From assembly GCF_963921235.1 (NCBI RefSeq), contig NC_086108.1, positions 80,478,001 to 80,542,000 of the forward strand: 64,000 nt of DNA, given 5' to 3'. The notes beneath the pieces were generated by a model, which was not told where the DNA came from, did no database searches, and worked only from the letters and a program-made list of their open reading frames with translations. A program made the position numbers and the translations under genes. Below are positions 11,161 through 24,961 of the stretch, in pieces; position 1 is the stretch's first letter; each line of letters begins with the position of its first letter. The DNA comes from Mobula hypostoma (taxonomy: Eukaryota).

Positions 11161-12934
11161 CAGTATCACAGGATGCAAATGTTGCTAGCTAAATTGGTAT
11201 AAAATACCCGCTCCTGATTGCCCCTGGATTAGCTGGACTATTTCAGAAGCACATTGCTGTTGATCTTGGTTACACTGAGCAGAGCTGGAAAATTTCCTTT
11301 CCTTAAAAGGACACAGTGAGCCAGATGGAGCTCTCCACAGTCTGGTAGTTTAATTATATCCAAATCTAATCCAAGACCTTTATTCCAGATTCATTTACTT
11401 AATTAAAATTAATTTCTCCACTTGTCAAGGTGAGATTCAATGTCACCACTTCTGATCAATTATAGAATTTCTTAATTCTAGTCTAATTCAGGGAGGTGAG
11501 GCAAGAGTGACTTCCCTTGGCATGAAGACAACATTCAGTTGAGTGTGAAATCAAAGAACCCTGGTAAAAGGGTATCAAGGATGGCAGGGTTGGGAGTGAT
11601 AACCAGCGCAAAAGAAGATACTTCTGGTTCTTGTGGTCTCTCATCCCATTTTTGCAGGAGTTATTCAGGGGCGTGTTTGCAGCCCAATCTTCTTCAGTTA
11701 ATTCATTAACAATCTTCAATCCATCATGAAGTCTAAAGTGAGGATGCTTAATAATGATAGCATAGTATTTTATTTAATTTTAACTCCTCAGCAACAAAGT
11801 ACTCCATACTTGCGTGCTTTAAGACCTGGCAAGTGCTGATAAATAGCAAGTTACATACTTGCCACAAAGTACCAAACAATAATCATCTCCACAGGAGACC
11901 AACCTAATCTTGGTATTCAATAGCATTACCTTCACCAAGTCCATGATCATCATCCTCAACCGGAGCCTCATCTATATGGCCACATAAATACAACAGCCGC
12001 AGTCCATGTCACAGGATAGGCATCTTGTGATAAATGATCTAATATTGAACACTCAAATCTTTTCCTCTGTCTACAAAGGCACTATTGTGAGTGTGAATCT
12101 GAGCTACACAGGAGCTGTAACTGGGAGATATAGAAGTCTTTATTTACACAGATCTTCTGGAGAGAGAGAGAATATCACAATGTTTTATACTTCTTAAACA
12201 CAGATAATAATAAATGATTATGATTTCAATGGCTAGGATCACCTACTTAAGTTTAACATTTTGAATATAGTCAGTTAACTTTTCAGAATTACACATTTAC
12301 AATGGTAGTACATTCCAACTAGCAGAACCTCTTTGAGTATTCAATATGATGTCTGTTCTGAAAGCTTCTGAGCACAAACTAGAGCAACCCAAATTATACC
12401 CCTTTTGTTGCTGTTGAGGGATGGCTCCCGGGATATACAACGAGCCAGAATATTAAGTGATGAAACCAACCTGCCCTGAACTGTACATTAAGTGGCAGGG
12501 ATATGCCTTTAAGAATGTGCTCTACAGGAGATGGCCACTTAATGCCTTTCCTGTTCCCCTTCCGAAGTTTTCAGTGACTAGCAGAATCAGAACCAGATTT
12601 ATTATCATGTGTTGTGAAATTTACTGTGAAATTTGCAGCAGTACAGTGCAAGACAAAAAAATAACTACAGGTTACAAAAATAAATAACCAAGTAGTGTCC
12701 GTAGGTTCAAGGACTGTTCAGAAATCTATTGGCAGAGGGGAAGAAGCAGTTCTTAAAACATTGAGTGAGGGGGTGGTCTTCAAGCTACTTTACCTGTTCC
12801 CTGATGGCAGAAGTGAGAAGAGGGCATGTCCCGGATGGATGCTGCCTCTTGAAGATATCATTTAATGTCTTCCCCTGAATAGTTTCAATAGGACAGAATC
12901 TGAATGTCCACACTCAATGGTTGGCTTCAATGGG

Positions 12935-13475
12935 ATTAAGACGATAAGGCATAGGAGCAGAATTAGGCCAATATGCCCATTGAGTTTGCTCCGCCATTAG
13001 ATCAGCTGATTAATTATCCTTCAACCCCGTCCTCATCTCTTTTCCCGAGAATCTTTGACACCTTTACTAATCAAGAACCTACCAACCTCCTCTTTAAATA
13101 TACACAACAGACTGCCACAGCAATATGTATTGCCACAGCCGTCTGTGGCAATGAATTCCATAGATTCATTACCCTCTGATGAAAGAAATTTCTCCTCATC
13201 TCTGTTCTAAAGGAATGTCCTTCTATTCTGAGGCAGTGCCCTCTGGTCCTAGACTCTCACTATTGGAAGCATCCTCTTCGTGATCACTTTGTTTAAGCCT
13301 TTAAATATTTGATAAAATTGAATGCAATTCCACCCCCCCCGACTCATTCTTCTGAACTCCAATGAATAGCCCAGAGCCATCAAATGCTCCTCAAAAGTTA
13401 ACCTTTTTATTCCCAGAATCATTCTTGTGAACCTCCTCTTGACAATGCCAGCACATCCTTTCTTAGATATGGGGC
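12935..13475 (-). mobile_element. CR1 LINE 3' fragment
   Basis: Reverse complement of the CR1 tail and ORF2 end (ataggagcagaattaggcc, aagaaatttctcctcatc, cattcttgtgaacctcctc). Confidence 0.85.
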
Positions 13476-13484
13476 TTACTGCTT

Positions 13485-14630
13485 CACTGCATGGTACGGG
13501 AACTGCACTGCCGTGGGCAGGTAGGCTCTAGAATGAGTAGTCTAAACCTCCCTACACGTCACTAGCACCAGCCTACTTGCCATCAAGGACATGTATACAG
13601 AAGGGTGTGGGAAAAGACCCAATAACATCATGAAGGATCCCACCCACCCCGCTCATGAACTGTTTGTCCCTCTCCCTTCAGGGAGGAGGAGGCTATGTAG
13701 CATCCACGCCAGGATAGCCAAACTCAAAAACAGTTACTTTCCCAAGCAGTAAGACTGATCAACACTTCCACCCACTAACCCACTCTCCACACCCCCAACT
13801 TCCATTACTTTATTATTTCCTGTCAGTTACCTTAGCTACAGACATGCCCGTGCCTAGCATCACTTTATGGACTTACAATCAATGTATATAAGTTATCATA
13901 TGTATTTTACTGTATTTATTGTGTATTTTATTATTATGTTCTTTATATTAATGTGTTTTTTTTCTTGCTGCACCAGATCCAGAGTAACAATTATTTCATA
14001 CCCCGGTTGCCACTCACTTCAACTCTGCTTCACATTCCCATTCGGATATGTCCATACATGGCCTCCTCTACTGCCATAATGAGGCTAAACTCAGGTTGGA
14101 AGAGCAACACCTCATACTGTATATCGTCTGGGTAGTCTCCAACCCCTTGGCATGAACATTGAATTCTGCATCTTCCGTAATTCCCTCCCCCTCCCTTCCC
14201 CCATCCCAGTTTCACTCCGCCCCCTCCCCCAGCTGCCTATCACCTCCCTCATGGTTCCGCCTCCTTCTATTACCCATTGTGTTTTCCCCTATTCCTTCTT
14301 CACCTTTCCTGCCTATCACCTCCCTGCTTCCCCTCCCCCACCCCTTTATCTTTCCCCTTACTGGTTCTTCACCTGGAACCTATCAGCCTTCTCCTTCCCA
14401 CTCTTCCCCCACCTTCTTCCTTCTCCTTCCCACTCTTCCCCCACCTTCTTTATAGGGCCTCTGCCCCTTCCCTCTACAGTCCTGACGAAGGGTTCCGGCC
14501 CAAAACGTTGACTGATCGTTTCCACGGATGCTGCCCGACCTGCTGAGTTCCTCCAGCATGTTGTGTGTGCTGATTTCATCCTCCTTTATGCTTGTGTACT
14601 GAAAATGACACTAAACAATCCTGAATCTTT
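13485..14630 (+). mobile_element. Rex1/Babar-like LINE 3' end, with a Penelope inserted at 14000-14572
   Basis: FTAWYGNC..IMKDPTHPAHELFVPLPSG-type C-terminal motif; tail aaacaatcctgaatctt. Confidence 0.75.
14000..14572 (+). mobile_element. Penelope-like element 3' part (GIY-YIG end + pLTR)
   Basis: PVATHFNS..HSHSDMSIHGL..RLEEQHLI..LGSLQPLGMNIEF; 7-bp TSD atttcat at 13993-13999 and 14573-14579; degenerate hammerhead motif at 14477-14514. Confidence 0.85.
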
Positions 14631-15289
14631 ATGTATCAGTTGAAGCTAAATTGTGAAAATTTTTGTTTTACTGAAGACTTGTTATCATATTAATTTATCC
14701 ATAGTTATATTGCCCGTAATTTCATAACTCCATAAAAATCAATAACAGGCACAAGGAAGGCTCATGCTGGAGCAATCTCTGTTTGCCTGATTGGATGCGG
14801 TTCCAACGTTAAAGAAACTATGTCTTCTCTGCTCGATCAGCCCCTGATTCACAACACTCAATGGATTTTTAATCCATTCTCTCCATGACTGAAACTCAGA
14901 GGCTATAGCACGTGCCCTGTGCCATCAACAAATTCCACTGCACGTGTTCACTTAGGCTGTTCCACCTCCACCTCCAAACTCGTAACTTCCGCCACCAGCA
15001 AGAATGGAGGCTTTCAGGTGCATAGAAGTACCAATATACGACATTAGATCCTGGATGGCAAGTACTTCATATGGTTGCTCCTGCATCTTTGATGGATCTA
15101 GCAACCAGCACTGTGAGAGTAGCTGGGAAGGAAATTTGCCACCTTATCTGTTCTATATGAATCCAGACCTGCCAATATGGCTGATTCTTAATTGTGTTTC
15201 TAGCTCAAGGGCAGTTGGAATGAAAACAAGTCTTGGCTTAGCCAGCAACACTAACAACAACTGTTTCAAGGGTAGTATCATAAGGAGGG

Positions 15290-15935
15290 CCAGGAAATTC
15301 CAACAAAACGTAGTGGATATGGCCCAGTCCATCACGAGTAAAGCCCTCCTCACCATTGAGCACATCTACAAGGGCTATGGGTAACCCTAGGTAATTTCTA
15401 AGGTAAGGACATGTTTGGCACAGCTTTGTGGGCCGAAGGGCCTGTATTGTGCTGTAGGTTTTTCTATGTTTCTATGAAAAGCTATCGCAGGAAAGCTGCA
15501 TCCATCATCAGGGACCCGCCACCACCCAGGCCATGCTCTCTTCTCGCTGCTGCCATCAGGAAGGTACAGAAGCTTCAGGACACCCGCCACCATGTTGAGG
15601 AACAGTCATTACTCCTCAACCATCAAGCTCTTGGAACTAAAATGGATTACTTTACTCAACTTCACTTGCCCCATCCATGAGATGTTACATTCAAGAACGC
15701 ATCATCTCATGTTCTCAATATTTATTTCTTCTTACTATTTCTTTTTTTTTGTATTTGCACAGTTTGTTGTCTTCTGCACTCTGGTTTAATGCCTAAATTG
15801 GGCGGTCTTTCATTGATTCTGATACAGTTATTATTTTATTGATTTATTGAGTATGCCTGCAAGAAAATTAATCTCAGGGTTGTATATGGTAACATATACA
15901 TGTACTTTGATAATAAATTGACTTTGAACTTTGAA
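15290..15935 (+). mobile_element. Rex1/Babar-like LINE 3' end
   Basis: RKAASIIRDP..PGHALFS motif; tail aataaattgactttgaactttgaact. Confidence 0.75.
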
Positions 15936-17279
15936 CTGCCCAAGCGTCTACAGTAATATGCCAGAAGTTGCGGACAGCTCCACCTACATGCTAAGCATAG
16001 ACTTCTGTTTTCAGCATCTGTCACTATTGACGTTACTCTAAGCTGTTTTAACCCTAAATGCTGAAGACTGCCAGCACTCACCTGGAATAATGCCCTCATG
16101 TGGCCAATCCAGAACAAGCCTTGCCCACAAAATAACTGGTTGCAAGTTAGTTGTTTTGATAAGCACTCAGGATTGATCCAGTTCAGTTCAGGATGGGTTG
16201 CACTTCAGGTCCAGCTTTCGTCTCAGGACTTGCTACCATCCTCACTTAAGTGTTAATTGCAAACACCCTCTTCTGACTTGTGCATCCTCCATTTTCATCT
16301 TCAAGTCTCCCAGGATGGTGTTGCCCAGGGAACTGTCTGACCTACAAACCAGCAGAACAGCTCTCATGACGGTACTTGGAACGCATCTGCATCGCAGCTC
16401 TGCTGAAGTAAACAGGAAGTGTTGCATGCTTGGGTCTCAACTCAGTGGGTGGGTGAACCATGAAAGTGTGCTTCTGTTGGGTGAAAGGTCACTTATTACA
16501 GATAGAAAACCCACACTGTCTGCTCAGTAACATTTAAAATTTAACTATCAATTGAAGCCCACATCGGGAAAGTTTACGTCCTTCACTGTCAGAGTGACGA
16601 TAGCAGCATTAGACATGAAAGAAAACAATTCTGTTTTTAGAGTGAGCAATTTACGACATGGGTTTGCATGAAGTGCAATGCAACACTTATTTTCATAACT
16701 CCTTTCAAGCTTCATGTCTTCAAACAGTCCTTCAAAACTCAAATAGTTGGCATAATCAAGTCAGTTTAACTTTGAAATCCCACAGCCAGAGACACGTTGA
16801 ATTCAAAGTGCTGATGAAGGGTCTCGGTCCGCAATTTGGACAGTTTATTCTTCTCCATAGGTGTCTCCTGACCAGCTGAATTCCTCAACCATTTTGAGTG
16901 CGTTACTCAAAATTTTCAGCATCTGCAGAATCTGTATTTGTGAAATGTTAATTTTGTTTTTTTTCTCCACAGATGCTGTCCAATCTGTTGAGCACTCTGG
17001 TAATTTTCTCTTTTTATACCAGAGATTCCATTTTGTCCTTGATATTTTTCTAGTCATGATTTAGGCTGTAAATCATTAATTCAGTCCGCCGGAGGCCTGA
17101 TTGAACAACGTTTTACATACAAATTTACAATCTCATTTTATACAGCCATCAGGAGAATTTTAGCACTGTTTTCGGAAGCAAGTTTTAATCTGCTGCAGGC
17201 ACCTGCTGTGTTTGGGTTGGGTGCCCCTGATATCAACAGTTGTTCTGGAAATATTCCATTACTCTTTGGGGGGGGGGGC

Positions 17280-17750
17280 GCAGAAGAACTTCATCAAGAT
17301 GTTTCTTGCATTGGAGAATATCAGCTGTAAGGAGAGGTTGGACGAACTAGAATTATTTTCTCTGCAGCATCAGAGGCTGAGTGGAGTCCTGATGGAAGTA
17401 TAAAATTATGAGAGGCATAGATAAGGCAGATGGTCATGGTTATTTTCCCAGGATAGAAATGTTAGACACTAGAGAGCATAAGTTTAAATGAAGAGGAGAA
17501 GTTTAAAGGAGATTTGTGAGGCACATTTCTGCTTTAAAAGAGAGAATGATGGGTGTCTGGGATGTGATGCCAGTGGCAGTAGTAGAAGTGATATGGCAGG
17601 CAACATTTAAAAGGCATTTAGGCAGACACATGAACAGGCAGGGAGTTGATAGATATAGACCATGAGTAGGCAGATGGGATTAGTTAGATTGGTATGTGGT
17701 TAATGGGGATATGGTGAGCCAAAGGACCTGCACTCTGTTCTATGCTCCAT
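17280..17750 (+). mobile_element. Degenerate CR1 3' fragment
   Basis: QKNFIKMF..ISCKERLDELELFSL; CR1 tail. Confidence 0.8.
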
Positions 17751-18446
17751 GTACTCAGCACTGGCAACTTCCCCTCGCTGGTAGAAGTAACTGTGCCTTA
17801 TCATTCTACACACCATGGACAGAGGCAGACCTGATTACTAAACTCAGAGAAGATTTATTTCTTATTCTACTAAACTTCTAATACTTTTTCAAAAGTTCTA
17901 TGACTGTCATCAGTCAAGGACAGACAAGTTAAAGTCAGCACTTTAAATGTTATCAGCATCATTTTGAATTGACTGTATGTCTATTTTGTTTCAATGGGTT
18001 AAACCGAGGATCTGTTGAATTAAGGTGAATATATAAAAACCTATATTATCAAAAGTTACCTTTTAATTTGTCTGCATTCCAGTCCATAGATTTTCCTCTC
18101 TTATCCAGGTCAGGGTTTCCAAAATGTATATAATTCAGAACTGTAGACAGTTGGATTAAAATACTTACAGAGTGCCTATAAATGAAAATAAAGTATTTTG
18201 GAAAGTAGATGTCAGAAACAAAGTATCTAACTTACATGCAGATAACCCAAAACTGAAATCTCAATAACTAAATAATCAATTCTAATAGCTTTAATTGAGG
18301 ATTAAATATTTGCTAATTTGCTAGAATAATGGTGGACCAGATATCTACTTTGGATTTTTCCCTGGTGCTGACTGACACTTTAACCTTAACATCTCTTTCA
18401 GCTCATTCACAAACCTTTCACAAATAGTTCAAAATGTAATAACTTA

Positions 18447-19303
18447 AAGCAACACACATAAAAATTGCTGGTGAACGCAGCAGGCCAGGCAGCATCTATA
18501 GGAAGAGGTACAGTCGACGTTTCAGGCCGAGACCCTTCGTCAAGACTAACTGAAAGAAGAGATAGTAAGAGTGAGTAAGAGATTTGAAAGTGGGAGGGGG
18601 AAGGGGAGATCCGAAATGATAGGAGAAGACAGGAGGGGGAGGGATGGAGCCAAGAGCTGGAAAATTGATTGGCAAAAGGGATATGAGAGGATCATGGGGT
18701 GGGAGGCCTAGGGAGAAAGAAAGAGGGAGGGGGGAAGCCCAGAGGACGGGCAAGGAGTATAGTGAGAGGGACAGACGGAGAAAAAGGAGAGGGAGAAAAA
18801 ATATTAATAATAATAATAAATAAATAATGTTAATGCCCCACCTCCCCTTCATACTCCATGTGTTATTTATTTATTTATTTATTTATTTTTTTTTTTTTCT
18901 CTCTCTCTCTCTCTCTCTCTCTCCTTTTTCTCCCTCTTTCCCTCTCACTATACTCCTTGCCCATCCTCTGGGCTTCTCCCCTCCCCCTTTCTTTCTCCCT
19001 AGGCCTCCTGTCCCATGATCCTCTCATATCCCTTTTGCCAATCACCTGTCCAGCTCTTGGCTCCATCCCTCCCCCTCCTGTCTTCTCCTATCATTTTGGA
19101 TCTCCCTCTCCCCCTCCCCCTCCCACTTTCAAATCTCTTACTATCTCTTCTTTCAGTTAGTTCTGACGAAGGGTCTCGGCCCGAAACGTCAACTGTACTT
19201 CCTCCTATAGATGCTGCCTGGCCTGCTGCGTTCCACCAGCATTTTTTATGTGTGTTGCTTGAAATTCCAGCATCTGCAGATTTCCTCATGTTTGTGTTTT
19301 CAA
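18447..19303. mobile_element. Fold-back (inverted) Penelope pLTR insertion
   Basis: Arms ~18447-18827 and ~18862-19260 are reverse complements; duplication aataacttaaagc at 18438-18450 and 19304-19316. Confidence 0.88.
19159..19194 (+). ncRNA. Minimal type-I hammerhead ribozyme motif
   Basis: agtt-CTGACGA-a-ggg(tctcgg)ccc-GAAA-cGTC-aact; stem I agtt/aact, palindromic ACGT in place of stem III. Confidence 0.72.
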
Positions 19304-20589
19304 AATAACTTAAAGCCATTATTCCATGGGGTAGAGAATCCAAAGATTCGCAGATTCTCTGAGAGAATGTTTCTTCTCATTTTAACTATCTAATGCCTTT
19401 CTCCAGAAAGTTTCTTCTGCTTCTAGGTTGCCTCACAAGGAGAACGATGTGCGCAGCATATGTCTCAACAACCTTGGTCGTGGCGTTGATGTGGTTGGAG
19501 CAGGAAAGGCTATGTTCATGCTGAGGGCTATAAAGCTCCTAATCTCCATACCATTGACAGGAGTATATGCATCGCTTCCCTTCCTGAAGTCAATGACCAG
19601 GTCTTTGTTTTGCTAACATTGAGGAGAAAGTAGTCTTAAGCGATGTGTGACACTAACCTCATGGCTAGAAAAGTGTTACTTCAGTGAGTTCTAATTCTCT
19701 CAGCCATGATCACTGCAAGCATCACTCCTTCCTAGAAGATGATCATGGGGTCACCTTTGAATTTTAATATCTATCTCTTCAGAAATATTTGCTTTCTCCT
19801 GTCTACTGAGATTGCAATCTCTAGTGATAGTAACAGAACATTTTGGAAGCTGTTTTTCACATGTCAAAGACAACAATGGTAAAACACTTATACAACAATG
19901 TAAACATGGACAAATTTTTTTCAACTATTTTATTTCTAACCAGGCCCAGTGATCTCACCTCTCCCTGTAGACAGCAAACAGATAGTCTGATTGTGTTTGA
20001 TTTGCCACTTTTGTTAACAAGTGTTTACTCATTGTCGGCAATGTGGCTAACCATGACCACAGTAAGTACAAACGTATTATGCTGAATGACAGAGTCCTTG
20101 CTTTCTTAGATGTCATCTACGTTTGGCACAACATGTTCAGTAAATATTATTAATGTCACTGGTTGGAAAAAAATCAACCACAAGGTCAAGTGGGCGAGAT
20201 GTTAAAGTAACATTTATATCAACCGGCTGCTTTAATCAGTGATTATTCTTTGGTGATCTTCAATCAGCTTCTTTTTAGAATAGGGGATTCTTTGCTTTCT
20301 GTTATATCAAAAAGAAAGTCGTAATTTTGTGTGGACACTAACGTATCACTGCTCAGTGCAGTCTATGTTATTTCAAGAATTGATTAGTTAGTATTGTTAT
20401 GGCTGTGATAACTCATTCATATATAATTCATAGTAAAGAAATATTAGAATATCTGAAATATATTGTGGAATGCAACTTGATTGCCAAAAAAGATTACACC
20501 ACAGAAAATATGGGAAATGATTCGTAAAATACTAATTGTAAAAATGGCAAATGCAATTATATCATTGTAAACAAAAAAAACTGCTCTTG

Positions 20590-21645
20590 AGGAAGCAGGA
20601 TGAAGTTAGTGCATATGAAAGGCATGGAACCCATGGAAATTGTTTGTGTGGGATTCAGAATTGCCTTGCCCACAGAAGGCGGATGGTGGGTGTAGATGGA
20701 GTGTATTCTGCCTGGAGGTCAAAGACTGGGTGTGTTACACAGGGATCTGTTCTGGGATCCCTGTTCTTTGTGATTTTTTTAGATGACTTGGATGAAGGAG
20801 TGGAAAGGTGGATTATTATTTTGCAGATGGCACGAAAGTTGGTAGTGTTGTGGATAGTATTGAAGGCTGTTGTATGTTATAATAGGACATAGAGAGAGCT
20901 GGGCTGAGTAGAGCCAGATGGAGTTCAATCTAGAAAAGTATGAAGTGATTCACTTTGGAAGGATGAACTGGAAGACAGAGTATAGAGTTAATGGCAAGAT
21001 TCTTAGCAATATGGAGGAACAAGAGAGATCTTGGAGGTCCACACCCATTGATCCATCAAAGTTGCCACACGTTGATACAGTGGTTCAGAAGTCATAAGGG
21101 GTGTTAGCCTTCATTAGTTGAGAGATTGAGTTAAAGAGCCATGCAGCTCCATAAAGCTCTAGTTGGACCATACTTGGAATATTGTGTTCAATGCTGGTCA
21201 CCTCATTATAATAAGGATGTGGAAACTTTCAAGCAGGTGCAGAGGAGATTTACCAGGGTGCTGCCTGAGAGCATGTCTTGTGAGGATAGGTTGAGCAAGC
21301 TAGGGATTTTCTCTTTGGAGCGAAGGAAGATGAGAGGTGACTTGATAGAGGTGTACAAGATTATAATAGGCACAGTTTGAGTGAACAACCAGGCATTTTT
21401 TTTTAGGGTAGAAACGGCTGATGCAAGGGGGTATAATTTTAAAGTGGCTGAAGGAAAGTATAGCGTGCATATCAGAGGATTTTTTTTTAAATACACAGAT
21501 GTGTGTGGAAAACACCATCAGAGGTGGTGGTAGAGGCAGATATATTAGGTACATTAGGATATTAGGGTAGAGGCAGATATATATAAGGGTTAGATTGATC
21601 ACATGATGGGCTGAAGGGCCTGTAGAGTGCTGTATTGTTCTACAT
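20590..21645 (+). mobile_element. CR1 LINE fragment (RT to 3' end), degenerate
   Basis: [20 protein letters not shown] and LHKALVGPYLEYCVQCWSP. Confidence 0.88.
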
Positions 21646-22754
21646 TCAATGAAACAATTTATGCTGTAAAAAGCATCAGGTTTCTAGTTATCAATGTCAC
21701 AAATTTATGACTCATATGAACTTATTAACATTTATTTTGTTTGTACTCTGTACAAGTGCAATTAAAAATTGCTTCATCTGTGACAATTTCTCCTGGGAGC
21801 TCATTAAGAACTGCAGACAGATAACTGCAGCCACAAGCCAGTATCACAACTGTACACAATGAATTTTGTCCATAACTGCAAGCAAAAGGAAAACAAATAT
21901 GATCACAAATGACATCTGGGGAGATAAATATCCACACAATTCTATTTTGAAATGGGTTATGATAATTTTCTTTGCCTTGCATCTTATGGTGTATAAAAAT
22001 GCTTGATTGCTAATTGTTTATTTATAAGACAAGGCAATGTGTGCTGAGAATCCGAAATATCTGAAAGCAAGTTGAAAAAAATCACAAAAGACAAGATTTA
22101 CAGGTGTGAAGCTTGAATGGTTTGGTTATTGGTGTAAAAGTCTCATTACATTAAGCATTCTAAACAATTAAATCTTCAGAACAATTACAAGTTCCATTCT
22201 CTTACAGAAGTTTCCTTGACTCACCACAGGCACCATCTCATCCTGGGAATAACAATCTACAAATTTTGTTTCTCTGCTAATGCAAAAGCCACCTACTTCA
22301 ATATTGTAATATTGCCAGCTGCTGCTGAAACATCCATCAGCCTCTAAACCAGATGGTTAAGTGTCTTCTGACCAGCTCCTCTTCATCCGCACTCCATGAA
22401 TACTGCTTGTCCAAAATTCTGTTGATCTTGACTCACCTCCAATCCATGGAGCTATTGGTTTATATACAATTAGATTATTTTCTCTAATGCTGTTGTTCAG
22501 TTTAAATCTACATTACATATTTTGGTCTTGACACTCATAGATTATGTGGAAACGAGATAGAGGACTGTTGCAAGACCCACTCATGGCCAGTTTGGTCCAC
22601 AACCTGACAACACTACTCATCAGTACTTGAAGCCCCTGTTATTAGCACTGGTCTACTTTTCTTCATGTACAAGAACAAAAGTAAATAGGAGCAGGAGTAG
22701 ACCAATTGGTCCATCAGCCTGCCTCACTGCTTGGTAAGATATTGGCTGATCTAC

Positions 22755-24140
22755 GATCAAAGTTCAAAGTAAATTTATTATCAAGGTACATACGTATACG
22801 TCACCATATATTACATTGTGACCGATTTTCTTGCAGGCATTCACAGTAGAACAAAGAAATACAATAGAATGAATGAAAAACTGCACACAAGCAAAGACTG
22901 ACAAACAACCAATCTACAAAAGACAAACCATGCATATTAGATTAGATTAGATTCAACTTTATTGTCATTGTGCTGAGTACAGATACAAAGCCAATGAAAT
23001 GCATTTAGCATCTGACCAGAAATGTAAAGAATAGTGTTATTTACAAAATAACTGTGAATAAAAGAAATGCTACAGCACACAAACATAAAAGTACTGAGAC
23101 AGTACAATACAGATGCAATACTGCTTAGCGCTGTGATGAGAGGTTCAGCAGTGTCATAGCCTCAGGGAAGAAGCTCTTATCTAATATCTAATAAGAATAA
23201 GAATCTAATAAGAATAAGAATATCTAATAAGAATATGAATAAATAATACTGAGAACATGAGCTGTAAAGTCTTTGAAAGTGCACCCATAGATTGTGGTTC
23301 AGAGCTGAGATGAATGAGGTTATCCACACCGGTTCAGGAGTCTGATGGTTGAAGGGCAGTAACTGTTCCTGAATCTGGTGGTGTGAGTCCTCTAGCTCCT
23401 GTATCTCCTTCCCAATGGCTGCAGTGAGAAAAGAGCATGGCCTAGATAGTGGAGGTCTTTAATGATGGATGCTGCTTTCTTGTCACAGCACTCCTTGCAG
23501 ATGTACTCAGTGGTGGGGAGGGCTTTGCCTGTGATGGAATGTATTTTAGGTTTTGTAGGTTTTTCTGTTCAAAGGGCATTGGTGTTTCCACACTAGGCCG
23601 TGATGCAACCAGTCAGGATACTCCCCTCTGTGCATCTCTAAAAGTTTGTCAAGGTTTCGGATGACATACCAAATCTGAACAAACTTTTAAGAAAGTAATG
23701 GGGCTGTCATGCCATCTTTGTAATGGCGTTTACCTGCTAGTCCCAGGACTGATCCTCCGATATGATAACACCAAGGAATTTGAAGTTACTGATCTTTTCC
23801 ACCTCCAATCACCTAATGAGGACTGGCTGAGGAACCATTGTTTTCTTCCTCCTGTAATCAGCTCTTTGGCTTTTGGTGATGTTGAGTGAGAGGTTGTTCT
23901 TGTGGAATCATTCAACCAGATTTTCAAACTCCCTCCTATATGCCGATCTGTCACCTTGATTCAGCTAACAACAGAAGTGTCAAACTTAAATATGGCATTG
24001 GAGCTGTACTTAGCCTCACAGTCATAAGTATACAACAAGGGGCTAAGCACCGCAACCTTGTGGTGCACCTGTGCTGATGGAGATTGTGGATGAGATGTTG
24101 TTGCCAATCCATATTGACTGGGGTCTGCAGATGAGGAAGT
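22755..24140 (-). mobile_element. Rex1/Babar-like LINE fragments, including a nested (AATCT)n-tailed 3' end at 22936-23178
   Basis: [19 protein letters not shown]-type RT motif; reverse tails aaagttcaaagtaaatttatt and attagattagattcaactttattgtcat. Confidence 0.72.
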
Positions 24141-24490
24141 TGAGGATACAGCCTTAAATGTTATTATATACTTTCTCAAAGAAGAGAACCAAAATTGCAC
24201 AGCCTTGTCAATATCCTATATTGTCTCAAAACTTCAGTGTTCCTAAACTTCAAACGCTGTGCAATGAAGTCCAACAGGCTTTCTTTCTTTTTAATTACTT
24301 GTTGAACATGCCTGCTAACTTTTTGTAATCCATATATGAGAACACCTAAATCCTTCTGTAGTTCAATCATTTGCAGTCTCTTTCCATTTCATCATAACCG
24401 GTTCTGTGATCCGTCCTACTGAAGTGCACAACCTGATAATTCTAAACATAAAGCTCCATTTGCTGGATTTTCACAGAGTCATTCAATTTG

Positions 24491-24531
<41 letters not shown>

Positions 24532-24534
<3 letters not shown>

Positions 24535-24961
24535 TCAGTGGCCAACTTATTAGGTACACCTGTACATCTGCTCATTAATGCAAACATCTAATCAGCCAAT
24601 CATGTGACAGCAACTCAATATATGAAAGCACGCAGACGTGGTCAAGAGGTTCATCTGTTCAGGGCCAAACATCAGAATGGGAAAGGAGAGTGATCTAATT
24701 GACTTCGACCATGGAATGATTGTTGGTACCAGACACTGCAGCAGTTCTGTGGGCAAATCGCCTTGTTAATGAGGGAGGTCAGAAAATAATGGCCAGACTG
24801 GTTCAAGCTGACAAGAAGGCAACAGTAACTCAAATAACCAAGCATTACAACAGTGGTGTGCAGAACAGCAAATGCCAATACATTGAAGCTTGAAGTGAAT
24901 GGGCTACAGCAGAAAACCAAGACTCAGTACAGGAAGTACCTGCTAGAGTGACCACCGAGTG
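24532..24961 (+). mobile_element. Tc1-like non-autonomous DNA transposon
   Basis: Degenerate TIRs tattcagtggccaactttattaggtac / gtacctgctagagtgaccaccgagtg; transposase N-terminal remnant (MGKESDLIDFDHGMIVG); preceded by (CA)n(TA)n. Confidence 0.78.

Noticed and set aside
12486..12544. 11-bp inverted repeat cattaagtggc / gccacttaatg
   Set aside because: Too short and isolated to call a miRNA or MITE; no TSD.
16082..16341. Minus-strand segment with acceptor tttgtag and donor cag|gtgagt
   Set aside because: All three frames contain stops; could be a non-coding exon but nothing else supports it.
21725..21982. 85-aa Cys-rich minus-strand ORF with a good acceptor
   Set aside because: No convincing donor or recognisable domain.
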